A stretch of 64,000 nt of DNA. Source: Candidatus Woodwardiibium gallinarum (GTDB taxonomy: Bacteria; Bacillota; Clostridia; Oscillospirales; CAG-382). The notes beneath the pieces were generated by a model. The model was not told the origin of the DNA. It made no database searches and saw only the letters and a list, made by a program, of their open reading frames with translations. Every line of letters starts with the position of its first letter. Position 1 is the first letter of the stretch. The position numbers and the translations under genes are program-made. The stretch is taken from contig CAJFRY010000006.1 of assembly GCA_904419545.1 (NCBI GenBank), forward strand, positions 26,609-90,608, read 5' to 3'. This document shows, piece after piece, positions 42,979 through 52,526 of the stretch.

Positions 42979-43819
42979 GATGGAGCTTGCCGCCCGGCTC
43001 GTCGGCTTCTGCGGCACAGTGGGACTGTTCCTCTCCTGCCAATAAACGCGAAAAGCCGCACCCTGCTGTTTCAGCGGCTCGGCATCCTGATGCGCACGCT
43101 GCACTTATCCGGCTCTCGGCGTGGTCGGGCCGGCATAATGAACCTGCTCGGCGTCGGGCGCGCCCGGTTTTGCTATTACATGAAAAAGCCCTGCGCGCCC
43201 GCCGGCTCTGGCCGGTGTGCTCGCGTAGGAGGACGCATTCTCGCTGCTGCCGAGCGCGGCAATTCTGCCGTCCACCTGCGCTTACGCAAAAAGACAGCCA
43301 AAAGCCTTTTGACAGCTGGTGTTCCCTGCTCGCCGCTGTGGTTGATCCGCAGCATCCACTCCGGCTCGATTTCCGGCGCGGAAACGGAAATGTTTGCGAT
43401 GCTCTTACTCGGCATCGCCATGTGGCGCTACAGCCGCGCGCCGAAAACCAGACCCGAGTAAACAGGGAAACGACATATAGCTGTATTTTCGAGATTCCGG
43501 CGCCGGCTGCATCGTCAGGCAAGTCCTCATCTTCAAACCGAAGAGCGCAGTCCCTTCCGGGCCAAACCGTTCTACCGCTTTCATCCGGTGCAGAATCTAC
43601 CCTTTCCCTCACGGCGAGAGCGAAAGCGTACATGCTCGGCAACAGGACTGTAAGGCGCACTTTGTGCGATGTACCGCGCAAAGCCCATCGACGCGTTTAT
43701 GAGGGAAAGATACGTCTGTCTCCGAACGCACGAGGACGCCGTCCACGCAATATCCGCAAAGCGGAGGGAGCAGATCGGGCGTCCGAAGCCATTCCGTTTC
43801 CGAAAAGGGGGATTCCTAT

Positions 43820-44329
43820 ATGACATACACTTCCGCACAGGCAGCAAAGCTGCTCCGCAAGCTGAATGATGAATATGCCGCGCTTCTGGGCAAAGAAGCT
43901 AAAAGCAAAGAATTCAACGCGGCTGTCGGTGAAAATGTCGAATCAGTGCGGCCCGAATACAGCTATACCGACGCGCAGGAAAGTCAAAAAGAACTTGAAG
44001 GCAAAATCCGCAAGCTCAAGCACGCCGTCAATGTATTCAACGCCACACATGTCGTCCCCGGCTTCGACATGACCATCGACGAAATGCTCGTTTACATCCC
44101 GCAGCTGACCAGACGAAAAGCCAAGCTCGCCGAAATGAAGGCCAAGCTGCCGAAATCGCGCGTATCGGAGGTCGGCGCACGGATTTCCAATGTCATCGAC
44201 TACACTTATCTCAATTATGACCTCGCCGAGGTGGAGGCCGATTACGAACGCGTGTCCGACGAGCTGTCCGACGCGCAGCTTGCGTTGGACGCTGTCAACA
44301 GCAGCGAGACTTTTGAATTCGACTTCTAA
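43820..44329 (+). CDS. hypothetical coiled-coil protein
   Basis: 169 aa. RBS aaggggg 8 nt upstream. Composition is coding-like and the sequence is helical and charged (KLRKLNDEYAALLGKE...IPQLTRRKAKLAEMKAKL). No family was recognised. Confidence 0.6.
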   Translation: MTYTSAQAAKLLRKLNDEYAALLGKEAKSKEFNAAVGENVESVRPEYSYTDAQESQKELEGKIRKLKHAVNVFNATHVVPGFDMTIDEMLVYIPQLTRRKAKLAEMKAKLPKSRVSEVGARISNVIDYTYLNYDLAEVEADYERVSDELSDAQLALDAVNSSETFEFDF

Positions 44330-44638
44330 AATCTTTTTCCGTCGCATAGAGAGCAGTGCTGTCAGAGCTTTTGCCGTTTGGGATCAGGTTCATCGTTTTT
44401 GATCCGGTTGTTTTACGGTTATCCGTTATCCCGCTTATGTTCAAGGATGCGGGAAAGCATAAAAAATCTGCTTCTTGGTGTGAAAAAACTTGCGCAGCAC
44501 CGCTGCGCGTTTGCGGCTGAAGTTCGGTTACAGGCCGCGCCTGAATCATTCCGACGCGGCGGAAAACAGATATGGATCGGCAAATCCCCGGCATTTTACA
44601 CGGGACCCAATCAAAACGCTCCATACGTTTGTTTATTC

Positions 44639-44700
44639 GTACGATTTCTTGATAAAACGATCTGAAACCGTTTGATTCCCTGCGACAAAGGCCGCCAAAA
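44639..44700 (+). repeat. degenerate copy (c) of the three-hairpin element
   Basis: gtacgatttcttgataaaacgatctgaaaccgtttgattccctgcgacaaaggccgcc shares the 5' flank tacgatttcttga(c/t)aaaacg with copy b, but its stems are decayed. Confidence 0.45.
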
Positions 44701-45044
44701 AAAATCATCTTCCGGGCCCGTATTCTTGCAAGACTTCGCAAACGGGTGCGGACGAAGGATAAAACCGATTGCACAAGCGTTTCAAAAAGTGAAAGCGCAT
44801 AACGTTTCTGCAATCTCATCAGACGAAAGCGTGCCACCTTTTTTCAAACGGCGGAGGGGCACGGACAACGGAAAGATCTGCCGTAAAACAGCACCCTCGA
44901 CGGAACGTTCACCGCAGGGCGGCAAACCTCGCAAGCAAATCGGGGAATGATAAAGCCTTCACCGCAGGTTCCCTGATGTGCCTCGCTGAAATGGAATGCT
45001 TATACGCTCTTCATCATTTCCGCTTGGCTTCAGGCAGACAGATC

Positions 45045-45079
45045 AAAAAACGGTATGCAAAAACTGCATACCGTTTTTA
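45045..45079 (-). terminator. bidirectional terminator hairpin downstream of the GH89 gene
   Basis: AAAAAA-CGGTATGCA-aaaac-TGCATACCG-TTTTTAT. Confidence 0.8.
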
Positions 45080-45089
45080 TTCTTTTCTC

Positions 45090-47249
45090 TCACAGCAGCG
45101 TTTCAAAAAAGCGCTCGGAAACAGCCGCCGCCTCGTCCCTGCAAAGCGCACGGAAATCCAGAGGTCCCGTATGCTTGCGCAACGCCTCAAACAGCAGCTT
45201 CTGCTCAGGCAGATAGACGTCACGCACCAGCTCGGCGATGTACGAGCGGCAGTACATATTGTTCGCGTTTTCCTTAAGCGTCCGCTCGAACTGCGGATTG
45301 ACCGGCGAAACCGCCTTCAGCTTTTCCAGCGACGCACGCAGCGAATAGTCCTCATGTTCCGCCAACAGCGCAGCCAGCGCTTCGGTTTGTTCGAGACAGG
45401 ATTCGCAGAGCGGCGCGACATCCCCGCCCGTCAGATACGCACGGCGGAGCTTGAGGATCGTCAGCGAGATACGGCGGCCGAGCAGCGTGCGGCGGATGTC
45501 CCACACATCGCGGCGGACGCGCGGATCGGCCAAATCGATTCCCGCCAGCGCATGTTCGATCTCAGGCGCACGGAACAGCGCTTTTTCAAGCAATTCGATC
45601 AGTCCATCATAGCGTTCGGCGGATTCGTTTTCCTTGAACGCAAAATGGTCGAAAATATTGAAGAACAGGTCGGTCGTCAGCTTCCTGCCGTCGTCCGCAC
45701 TCCAAACCGCAGCGGCGGAGATATCCAGCATCGCCAGACGCACGGGCAGCATCGCATCGCTCTGCGCGCCGTAGCGGCGGCGGCAGAAATCCGCAGCGAA
45801 GCGGCGCGCGTCGATTACCCCGTCCGCCCACGCGTTGGCAGCGGCGTACTCGAGCATAAACGTGTCGGCGTGCGACAGCTCGGGCCAGAGAACAAAGCCG
45901 ACGCAGAGCGGGTCTGCTTTGGCTTTTTCCATCACGCGTTCGATGAAAGCGTAGTCGTTGCGGATCTCCGAGTTCGGCTCATAGGCCTGAAAGATACCGA
46001 AAATCCAAGGAAAGCGGCCTATTACATCCCAGTTGAGCACCGAATTCTCGGTCTGCGAATCGGAGGTATAATCAAGCAGGAGAACCTGCTCTTTGTCCAG
46101 CTCGTCCAGCAGGCGGCGAACTTCGTCATTGGTATAGGTAAAGTACAAATCCCACGAAGCCAGCAGCAGCTTGCTTCCGGGATAGTTTTCCCTGATATAC
46201 CTGCAGATACGACGGTAAACGTACAGCTTCAGCCGCAGATTGGCCTCACGGTCCTCGGAATAGGTGCGCTCGGCCAGGCCGATGGTATGAAACAGCCCTG
46301 CCTGCCCGTAATTCCGAATGTGCGCGGCGGTGAGCGCGAAATAGTTATCCAGATTCGCGTCGTCGGCAATGTCCCAGACCAGCCCGGTCTGCTCGCTGTA
46401 GATGCCGCTGTTCTGCGAAAGCAGCCGGGGTTGCTTGGCACGCAGGAAGTCCAGCGGCGTGCGGGAGTACCAGTGCGTCATCGTGCCGCAGTCCTCGGGG
46501 TGCATCAGGTCGCGCTCGAAGGCGTAGGACAGCACCCGTTTGCGCAGCACGCCTCGGTACTCGAGAGACCAGAAGAGCGTGCGGTCGTCAAACCCCTTCC
46601 CCGCCTCGGGAAGCCTGTCCACGGCGGAGGGATAGGAAACGCAGTCGGGGAACGCCTTCTGGAACAGGTCGTCCAGCCCCAGCCGCAGCATAAACAGGTT
46701 CATCCGCTTTTTCAGCAGCCAGTCAATTTCACGCTCCCAATCCTCCGGTCCCCACATTTCGGCCTGAAACCGGTGCAGCGAGCGATGTGCAAAATACCGT
46801 GTGCCGCGGTACGCAAAGCGCGGCGTCTCGGCGAGCGACACGCCCTCCCACACGATGTCCGCGCGCTTCGGCACGGTGTCGCCGTCCCAGAAATATGAAC
46901 AGCCGCAATACTGCTCGAAATAGCGGTAAACGGCATAAATCGCCGACCGGCCGCGGCCGGACGCAAGGTAAAGCACCCTGCGCCCGTCCTCGGCTGCGCT
47001 TTTGATCGTATAGCCGTCGCCGCCATAAACCAGCGGCGCAAAATCCAGCCGTCCGTCCAGCACGCGCTCGGCCGCAAAGCGGTTGACGCTGTCCGAGCCG
47101 ATGACGACAAGATCGCCCGTTCCCGGGACGTCTCCGTCGCCGGCAAAAGCGGCCGGACGACCGGTGCTCTCCTCATACAGCCGCGCAAACTCGCGCGCGG
47201 CGATACCGTAGGCGCTGTGTGCGCGATGCGGCCTGACGATGGTCAGCAT
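45090..47249 (-). CDS. alpha-N-acetylglucosaminidase-like glycoside hydrolase (GH89/NAGLU family)
   Basis: 719 aa. WGPEDWEREIDWLLKKRMNLFML matches the NAGLU TIM-barrel entry motif (W.REIDW). A later PWIFGIF segment and an all-helical C-terminus fit the family layout. Confidence 0.65.
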   Translation of the reverse strand: MLTIVRPHRAHSAYGIAAREFARLYEESTGRPAAFAGDGDVPGTGDLVVIGSDSVNRFAAERVLDGRLDFAPLVYGGDGYTIKSAAEDGRRVLYLASGRGRSAIYAVYRYFEQYCGCSYFWDGDTVPKRADIVWEGVSLAETPRFAYRGTRYFAHRSLHRFQAEMWGPEDWEREIDWLLKKRMNLFMLRLGLDDLFQKAFPDCVSYPSAVDRLPEAGKGFDDRTLFWSLEYRGVLRKRVLSYAFERDLMHPEDCGTMTHWYSRTPLDFLRAKQPRLLSQNSGIYSEQTGLVWDIADDANLDNYFALTAAHIRNYGQAGLFHTIGLAERTYSEDREANLRLKLYVYRRICRYIRENYPGSKLLLASWDLYFTYTNDEVRRLLDELDKEQVLLLDYTSDSQTENSVLNWDVIGRFPWIFGIFQAYEPNSEIRNDYAFIERVMEKAKADPLCVGFVLWPELSHADTFMLEYAAANAWADGVIDARRFAADFCRRRYGAQSDAMLPVRLAMLDISAAAVWSADDGRKLTTDLFFNIFDHFAFKENESAERYDGLIELLEKALFRAPEIEHALAGIDLADPRVRRDVWDIRRTLLGRRISLTILKLRRAYLTGGDVAPLCESCLEQTEALAALLAEHEDYSLRASLEKLKAVSPVNPQFERTLKENANNMYCRSYIAELVRDVYLPEQKLLFEALRKHTGPLDFRALCRDEAAAVSERFFETLL

Positions 47250-47260
47250 AAGCTCCCGCT

Positions 47261-48409
47261 TTACAGACGGGTCGCGCGGAACACACGCGCCGAATGCGGC
47301 TCAACGACAGCATACATACCGTGTACGAATTCACCCATATCCACATGCGCAATCACATCGCGCAGCTTTACGCGGTCGGTCATTTCCCAGCCGCAGTACT
47401 GCCACGAGAGGATCATTTTCTTGGGCGAATCGCCCTCGTTAAGCAGACAAAAGGCAATATCGCCGTTCTGGAGCGGCTTGGCGAGGATAATGTCGCCGTT
47501 GCTCATCGGCGGCAGCGCATAGCCCTGAACGCCCAGGTCATCCTGATTGATGGCAATAAGCTCCTTGTTCAGCAGAATCCTGGCAATCTCGGGACGCGTC
47601 TTACGGACGTCATGTCCCATCAGCAGGGGCGCGGCGAGAATACACCAGAGCGAGAAGTGCGCGCTGTACTCGTTGTCCGTGCAGCCCTTGCAGACGTCCT
47701 CCGGCTTCATCCAGCCCACGCCCGACGCCCAGCCCTCACCATCCAGACCGACAACCATCATATCCGGATCGTTCCAGCCGTTCGGACCCGAGAAGGGCGC
47801 CACAGACATCGCATTCTTCGCCACATGCACGATCGAGGACCACTGGTCCGTAATATCGCCCGACAGCCGCCACATATTTGCGCCCACGCTGCGCATCCAC
47901 TCGGTCACTTCAGTACGGCCGAGACAGCCGGAGAAAAGGATATCCCTGCCGCTCTCGCGCAGCGCCTGTCCCATCCGGCGGAACAGCTCAGGCGCGTTGG
48001 TGCCCGGCGCAACGTAGCCGAAGTCATATTTCAACAGGTCGACGCCCCACTCGGCAAATTTGCGCGCATCCTGCCGCTCGTAGCCGTAGCTGCCCGCGCG
48101 GTTGGCGTAGGTCAGGACGCCCGCGCCGGCATAAAGGCCGAATTTCAGCCCGCGCTCGTGGATATAATCGCCCAGTGCCTTCATCCCGGACGGAAACGTC
48201 TCCGGATTGGCCTGCAGATCGCCGTTTGCGTCGCGCTCAAGCGCCATCCAGCAATCATCCACAGAAACATACGTATAGCCCGCGTCGCGGAAGCCCTGTT
48301 CCACCATCGCGTCGGCCGTCTCGCGCACGACCTGCTCATTGATTTTCCCCGGCCCGAAATAATTCCAGGCGTTCCACCCCATCGGGGGCTTTGGTGCCAT
48401 TAATGCCAT
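47261..48409 (-). CDS. alpha-galactosidase/alpha-N-acetylgalactosaminidase (GH27)
   Basis: MALMAPKPPMGWNAWNYFG, VSVDDCW and LLKYDFG are GH27 signature segments. RBS gaggga lies before the Met at 48409. Confidence 0.85.
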   Translation of the reverse strand: MALMAPKPPMGWNAWNYFGPGKINEQVVRETADAMVEQGFRDAGYTYVSVDDCWMALERDANGDLQANPETFPSGMKALGDYIHERGLKFGLYAGAGVLTYANRAGSYGYERQDARKFAEWGVDLLKYDFGYVAPGTNAPELFRRMGQALRESGRDILFSGCLGRTEVTEWMRSVGANMWRLSGDITDQWSSIVHVAKNAMSVAPFSGPNGWNDPDMMVVGLDGEGWASGVGWMKPEDVCKGCTDNEYSAHFSLWCILAAPLLMGHDVRKTRPEIARILLNKELIAINQDDLGVQGYALPPMSNGDIILAKPLQNGDIAFCLLNEGDSPKKMILSWQYCGWEMTDRVKLRDVIAHVDMGEFVHGMYAVVEPHSARVFRATRL

Positions 48410-48892
48410 CGTTATTTCCCTCGCTTTTTTATTTTTCTCCGTCGTTCGTACGGACAGAGACCGTTTACGGCGATTGTAACACAAAGAACAGCGAATTACA
48501 AGTAGGCACGCGCGAAAAACGAAAAATCTTTTTTAGGCTTCCTGCGCTGAGAAGTCCGGCACAAAGTGACATACATATGCAAAGAAATCCATACCCACCC
48601 ACGCATCTGCAATTTTCCGAACAGGTCAGAACGCTTTTCCAAATTGCGGCGAATCAAGATAAAAGCAATCCATCCTCCGGAGTGAAGGCACAAGGCTGTA
48701 TCCCGCATCCGCTGATGTAAAATCCGCCTTGCTTTTCATCTGCGGAAATATTCCGCGTATTCCGCACGGCTGCTCCATAACAAAACGGCGGCAGGGAAAA
48801 ATCCCTGCCGCCGGAATGTGGCACGCCGGTCAGCCCTGCGATTTGCCGCCGCGGCGTCTTATCTCCATCGGAAGATCTGTTTTCAGACTTTG

Positions 48893-50785
48893 TTATTCCC
48901 CGACGGTGAACGTCCAGGTAGACTTGTTGCTCGTGCGGCGGCCGGCCTCCATCAGCGTCGGCGCACCGGTGTCAAACTTGGAGAAGTAGACTTTATTATG
49001 GGACGAATTCATATCCCAGATAAAGGTCTTATCGCCGTTGGAGAAGAAGTCGCTTGCATCCTCCAGCGAGTATACCTGTACGTCGAATTTATAATCCGGA
49101 TTCTTCGGACCGTACAGCACCACGCGCATCGCGTCCGTCTGCCCGAGGAAGGGGCCGGAATAATCGGGCTTGACCCCTTCAAGCGTGGTTTCGACCTTTT
49201 CAACGCTGCCGTCCAGTCTGTAGAATTCCGCAAACTGCCCGTACTGCTTGGAAACAGGGAACATGCAGGTGTACGAGCGGCCCATATAGACATCGCGGAT
49301 AAATTCGCAGTCAGCCTCGAAGGTAATGGTATTGCCCGCCACACGGTATGTGCGCGTCACATTGGCGTACGGCTTCGACGCGTCGGTCGTATACAGCTCG
49401 GTATGCTCGACGATCGTCAGGTTGCGGATTTCCGCGGATTGCCCGTTGGCAAGCACCAGCTCCTCGCCCGTTGAGCCGTCGTAGAAACGGATGTCCACAA
49501 GCGTCTCCCTGCCATGGTTTCCGCCCGACCAGTCGAGTCCGCCGTCGGAATCGCCGACCATATTCACATATTCCCAGTCGGTGCCGCCGCCGGCGAGCGC
49601 CTCGCCGTCATAGCGCCACGTACCGATATTCCACGTCCCCCAGGATTTCTTATCAAAGGTCAGGGTAAGAGGCTTACCCGCATAGGTGCAGGACAGGGTG
49701 TACTGCACATCGCTGCTGCGTTTGAATTCCATCTCATATTCTCCGATCGGATCGCGGTACTTATCGACGATTGCGCCAAGCTTCAGTACGTCGCGCTTTA
49801 TACGCAGATAATCAGACGGCATCAGTTTCTCGCCGTTGGCCATACAGACGCTGAGCTTCTGCATATCGGTCAGCTCGGTTTTCCGGATCACGGCGCGCTT
49901 GGCCTGCAGATAATCCAGAGCCGTTACATTGCCGTTGCCGTCGAAATCGCCCTCAATGACAATTGTCAGGCTTTCCAGCAGCGAGCCGTAAAAATATTTT
50001 TCAATCACATCGCCGGTGACAAGCGTTTCATCCGCGCCGCATACCGTACCGTCCGCATGACGGACGACAATGCTTTCATCCGGATTGATATACGCGGCCA
50101 AACCCTCGGCTGTCGTGCCGTGCTTGATGCCGCGGAGGTATTCCCCGTCCACCGTGGCGGTGGAATTACAGAGGAAGTTCAGCTCGTCACGCTCGGACGG
50201 CTGAAGCTCGACCATCTCCGCGGTCATGACCTCAAATTCCGAAACAAAAACGAACATGCCGCTCGCCGGCTTGATCCTGGCGCGGGCCACAGTCACCTCG
50301 GAAGGCTCGGACAGGTCAAGCACATAATCGACATAAGTCCCGTTGCCCTCCTTCTCGGCCAGGCCAACCGAGACAAGGCTTTCTTCGTCCGCACCGATGA
50401 AAAATTCCACCGACTCCGGGAGAACGACACTTGCGCCCGAATTATCGCAGCACTGAATTGAAAGCCGTTCAATTTTCTCGGCCGTCTCGGCAAGCTCGAC
50501 GGTGATGTAGTAATACCCGTCCTCGGCAGCACCGTTATAGAAGGCGTGCCACTCGGTTCCGTAGAGCGACGAGCCCTTGACGCCGTCGGTCAGCTCCTTG
50601 CCGTCAATCTGCACATACGCATTCGGATTTGGCTCGGTATACGGCGTGGTCGCCGTATACGGGCTGCCGACCGCGACGTTGACGTAAGTCTCCACCTCGA
50701 CGGCCGATGCCGCCGCAGACAGCGCAGGCAGCAAAAGCGCAAGCGCCAGCAGCGCCGGAAGCAATCTTTTTTTGTTCATATACAT
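48893..50785 (-). CDS. secreted protein with discoidin/CBM32-like module, dockerin-like repeat and uncharacterised C-terminal beta-rich domain
   Basis: Signal peptide MYMNKKRLLPALLALALLLPALSAAASA. An LTDG-containing N-module. GDFDGNGNVTALDYLQAKRAVI is a dockerin-type Ca-binding repeat. The C-terminal ~270 aa are unassigned. Confidence 0.65.
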   Translation of the reverse strand: MYMNKKRLLPALLALALLLPALSAAASAVEVETYVNVAVGSPYTATTPYTEPNPNAYVQIDGKELTDGVKGSSLYGTEWHAFYNGAAEDGYYYITVELAETAEKIERLSIQCCDNSGASVVLPESVEFFIGADEESLVSVGLAEKEGNGTYVDYVLDLSEPSEVTVARARIKPASGMFVFVSEFEVMTAEMVELQPSERDELNFLCNSTATVDGEYLRGIKHGTTAEGLAAYINPDESIVVRHADGTVCGADETLVTGDVIEKYFYGSLLESLTIVIEGDFDGNGNVTALDYLQAKRAVIRKTELTDMQKLSVCMANGEKLMPSDYLRIKRDVLKLGAIVDKYRDPIGEYEMEFKRSSDVQYTLSCTYAGKPLTLTFDKKSWGTWNIGTWRYDGEALAGGGTDWEYVNMVGDSDGGLDWSGGNHGRETLVDIRFYDGSTGEELVLANGQSAEIRNLTIVEHTELYTTDASKPYANVTRTYRVAGNTITFEADCEFIRDVYMGRSYTCMFPVSKQYGQFAEFYRLDGSVEKVETTLEGVKPDYSGPFLGQTDAMRVVLYGPKNPDYKFDVQVYSLEDASDFFSNGDKTFIWDMNSSHNKVYFSKFDTGAPTLMEAGRRTSNKSTWTFTVGE

Positions 50786-50963
50786 TCGCTTTCCTTTCCT
50801 TCGCGCAGAAATCGTGCACAAATGATGGTTTCTTCCGGTATTATAGCACACTCTGTTCCGAAAAGCAACGGTATATTTGTGCGACCTGCGATGTTTTTTC
50901 CCTTACGACCGATCCCGTGATGCAAACGGCAAGCTGCTTTGCAAAAAAGTTTGCCCCAATCTC

Positions 50964-50991
50964 TTGACAAAAAGAAAAAGTTGTGTATAAT
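50964..50991 (+). promoter_or_regulatory. promoter of tRNA-Leu
   Basis: TTGACA, 16-nt spacer ending in TGTG, then TATAAT. It lies 40 nt upstream of the tRNA. Confidence 0.6.
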
Positions 50992-51031
50992 AGTAATGTA
51001 ATCCCGGCGGATGCCGCCGGAACGGCAATAT

Positions 51032-51114
51032 GCGATTGTGGCGGAACTGGCAGACGCGCACGTTTGAGGGGCGTGTGGGTAACCGTATGGGTTCAAGTCC
51101 CATCAGTCGCACCA
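51032..51114 (+). tRNA. tRNA-Leu (anticodon GAG), class II with long variable arm, CCA encoded
   Basis: Acceptor GCGATTG/CAGTCGC. Anticodon stem CACGT/GCGTG with loop TT-GAG-GG. T arm ATGGG-TTCAAGT-CCCAT. Ends in ACCA. Confidence 0.9.
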
Positions 51115-51442
51115 TAAGAGGGCACTAAAAAAGATGCCCAAGCGAAAAGCCTTGATTTATCAAGGCTTTTCAGCATTTTTAGGGCAAGTTTTTCAGCATG
51201 GAGTCTATAGATGCCAAACGGCAAAAATCCTATACTGACAGGACTTGAACCCACAAATAGCAGAAATCACACCGAAAGGCGTATGGAAAGTTAAAATCCA
51301 TACGCCTTTTTCTTTTGCCCAAAATCCCTATTCTCCTCTCTGTTTTCATGCGGTAATTAAATATTAACACATCATTTAGAGCCTTCGGTTTTTGATTATC
51401 ACAACAAAAACCGAAGGCTTTTTTTATTGAAAGGAAAAAGTC

Positions 51443-51655
51443 ATGTATTTTACGGAGACACCTTCCCTACGGGAAATTGAAAAGGCTATGAAAATGATTC
51501 CGAATTTTACTCCAAGAGGACACGGCGTAGTAATTCTCTGCAAACATGAATTTGCCGAAAAGAGTTGCATTGGCGATTCTCAAAAAGAAATACTTGCAAG
51601 AACTGTGTCGCGGATAAATAATCCGCTGTTTCAAAAGCGGTTCAAAAATATATAA
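51443..51655 (+). CDS. hypothetical small protein
   Basis: 70 aa. RBS aaaggaaaaag upstream. Low-GC islet. Confidence 0.45.
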   Translation: MYFTETPSLREIEKAMKMIPNFTPRGHGVVILCKHEFAEKSCIGDSQKEILARTVSRINNPLFQKRFKNI

Positions 51656-51675
51656 ACGAAAGTGAGACGATCCCT

Positions 51676-52053
51676 ATGAATTTTAGAAATTCAAAACACA
51701 GTATCAGCTTTACAGACACAATCAGAAAAAAGAACAAAAAGGATTATGCCCTCATGTCCGCCCTTTATCTTCTAACAGCAGAGTTTGCATTGTGGCAAAC
51801 CGCTAAACGATATGCCACAGACAATTCAATTGATTTTAAAAGTCTGCAGCCTGCCGGAATCAGTGAAAACGGCTACACTTTGTTTTGCGCCGCCAAAGAT
51901 TTATACCTTGGTACTAATTATCTCACAATCAGCGACCTCGCAGACACACAGCTGATACCTCCGAGAATGTTTGCCCTTATTTGTAACGCTATGGCAATCA
52001 GAAGATTCGGGCTTAGTGCAATTCATTTTGAGCAAAGGAGTGATAAAGAATGA
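51676..52053 (+). CDS. hypothetical protein of the kind seen in Firmicutes conjugative elements (possibly DUF6075-like; family name from memory, unverified)
   Basis: 125 aa. MSALYLLTAEFALWQTAKRY...YTLFCAAKDLYLGTNYLTISDLAD...AMAIRRFG. Confidence 0.5.
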   Translation: MNFRNSKHSISFTDTIRKKNKKDYALMSALYLLTAEFALWQTAKRYATDNSIDFKSLQPAGISENGYTLFCAAKDLYLGTNYLTISDLADTQLIPPRMFALICNAMAIRRFGLSAIHFEQRSDKE

Positions 52054-52526
52054 TTACAGCAACGGTGAAACACAACGACAATTATGCAGATATTGAATTC
52101 CCCTGTAGTGAGGCGTACCTGTCAGCTAAACTTATGGAAATTCATGTTGATGACTTAAGCAGCATAACACACTATATTTCAGCCATTACAGAGCCAAAGG
52201 AACTGTCGTTTTTAAAAGACCGGTTGGTCAATCTGGATGAGCTGAATTACCTTGCGAAGCGCATGGATAGTTTTTTCGGAGATGAAGAAACTCAATTTTT
52301 TGAGGCGATAAAACTGGAACATTTTACGGAGATGAAAGATTTAATCAATCTGACTTTTAATCTCGACAAATATACCCTGATAAAAGATGTCAGCGATATT
52401 GGACAGCTCCGTATTCTTCGATATGCCGGACGGCGTCTTTGCCCTGTGCCGAGAAATCATAAAAGGAAATCTTTCTCCACACCGTTTGTCGGAAGAACAG
52501 AAATTTCTTTTTTCCAAAGCGCTTGA
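52050..52526 (+). CDS. hypothetical protein; the C-terminal ~46 aa look non-native (possible recombination scar)
   Basis: 158 aa. 4-nt overlap with the upstream ORF. The tail RILRYAGRRLCPVPRNHKRKSF is Arg-rich and overlaps the next ORF in another frame. Confidence 0.4.
   Translation: MITATVKHNDNYADIEFPCSEAYLSAKLMEIHVDDLSSITHYISAITEPKELSFLKDRLVNLDELNYLAKRMDSFFGDEETQFFEAIKLEHFTEMKDLINLTFNLDKYTLIKDVSDIGQLRILRYAGRRLCPVPRNHKRKSFSTPFVGRTEISFFQSA

Noticed and set aside
42944-43823. Long ORFs on both strands (245 aa minus, 278 aa plus, 123 aa plus) in the gap after ahcY.
   Set aside because: They have no RBS, weak G/C third-position bias compared with neighbouring genes, Arg/Ser/Cys/Ala-rich nonsense-like sequence, and no family resemblance. 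The region is treated as non-coding and reported as a finding instead.
42979-45044. RNase P RNA, tmRNA, SRP RNA or 6S RNA in the gene-poor stretch.
   Set aside because: Hallmark motifs were not seen: GAGGAAAGUCC for RNase P, the tRNA-like GGUUCGAnUCC...CCA end for tmRNA, and the SRP domain IV GGAA/AGCA loops.
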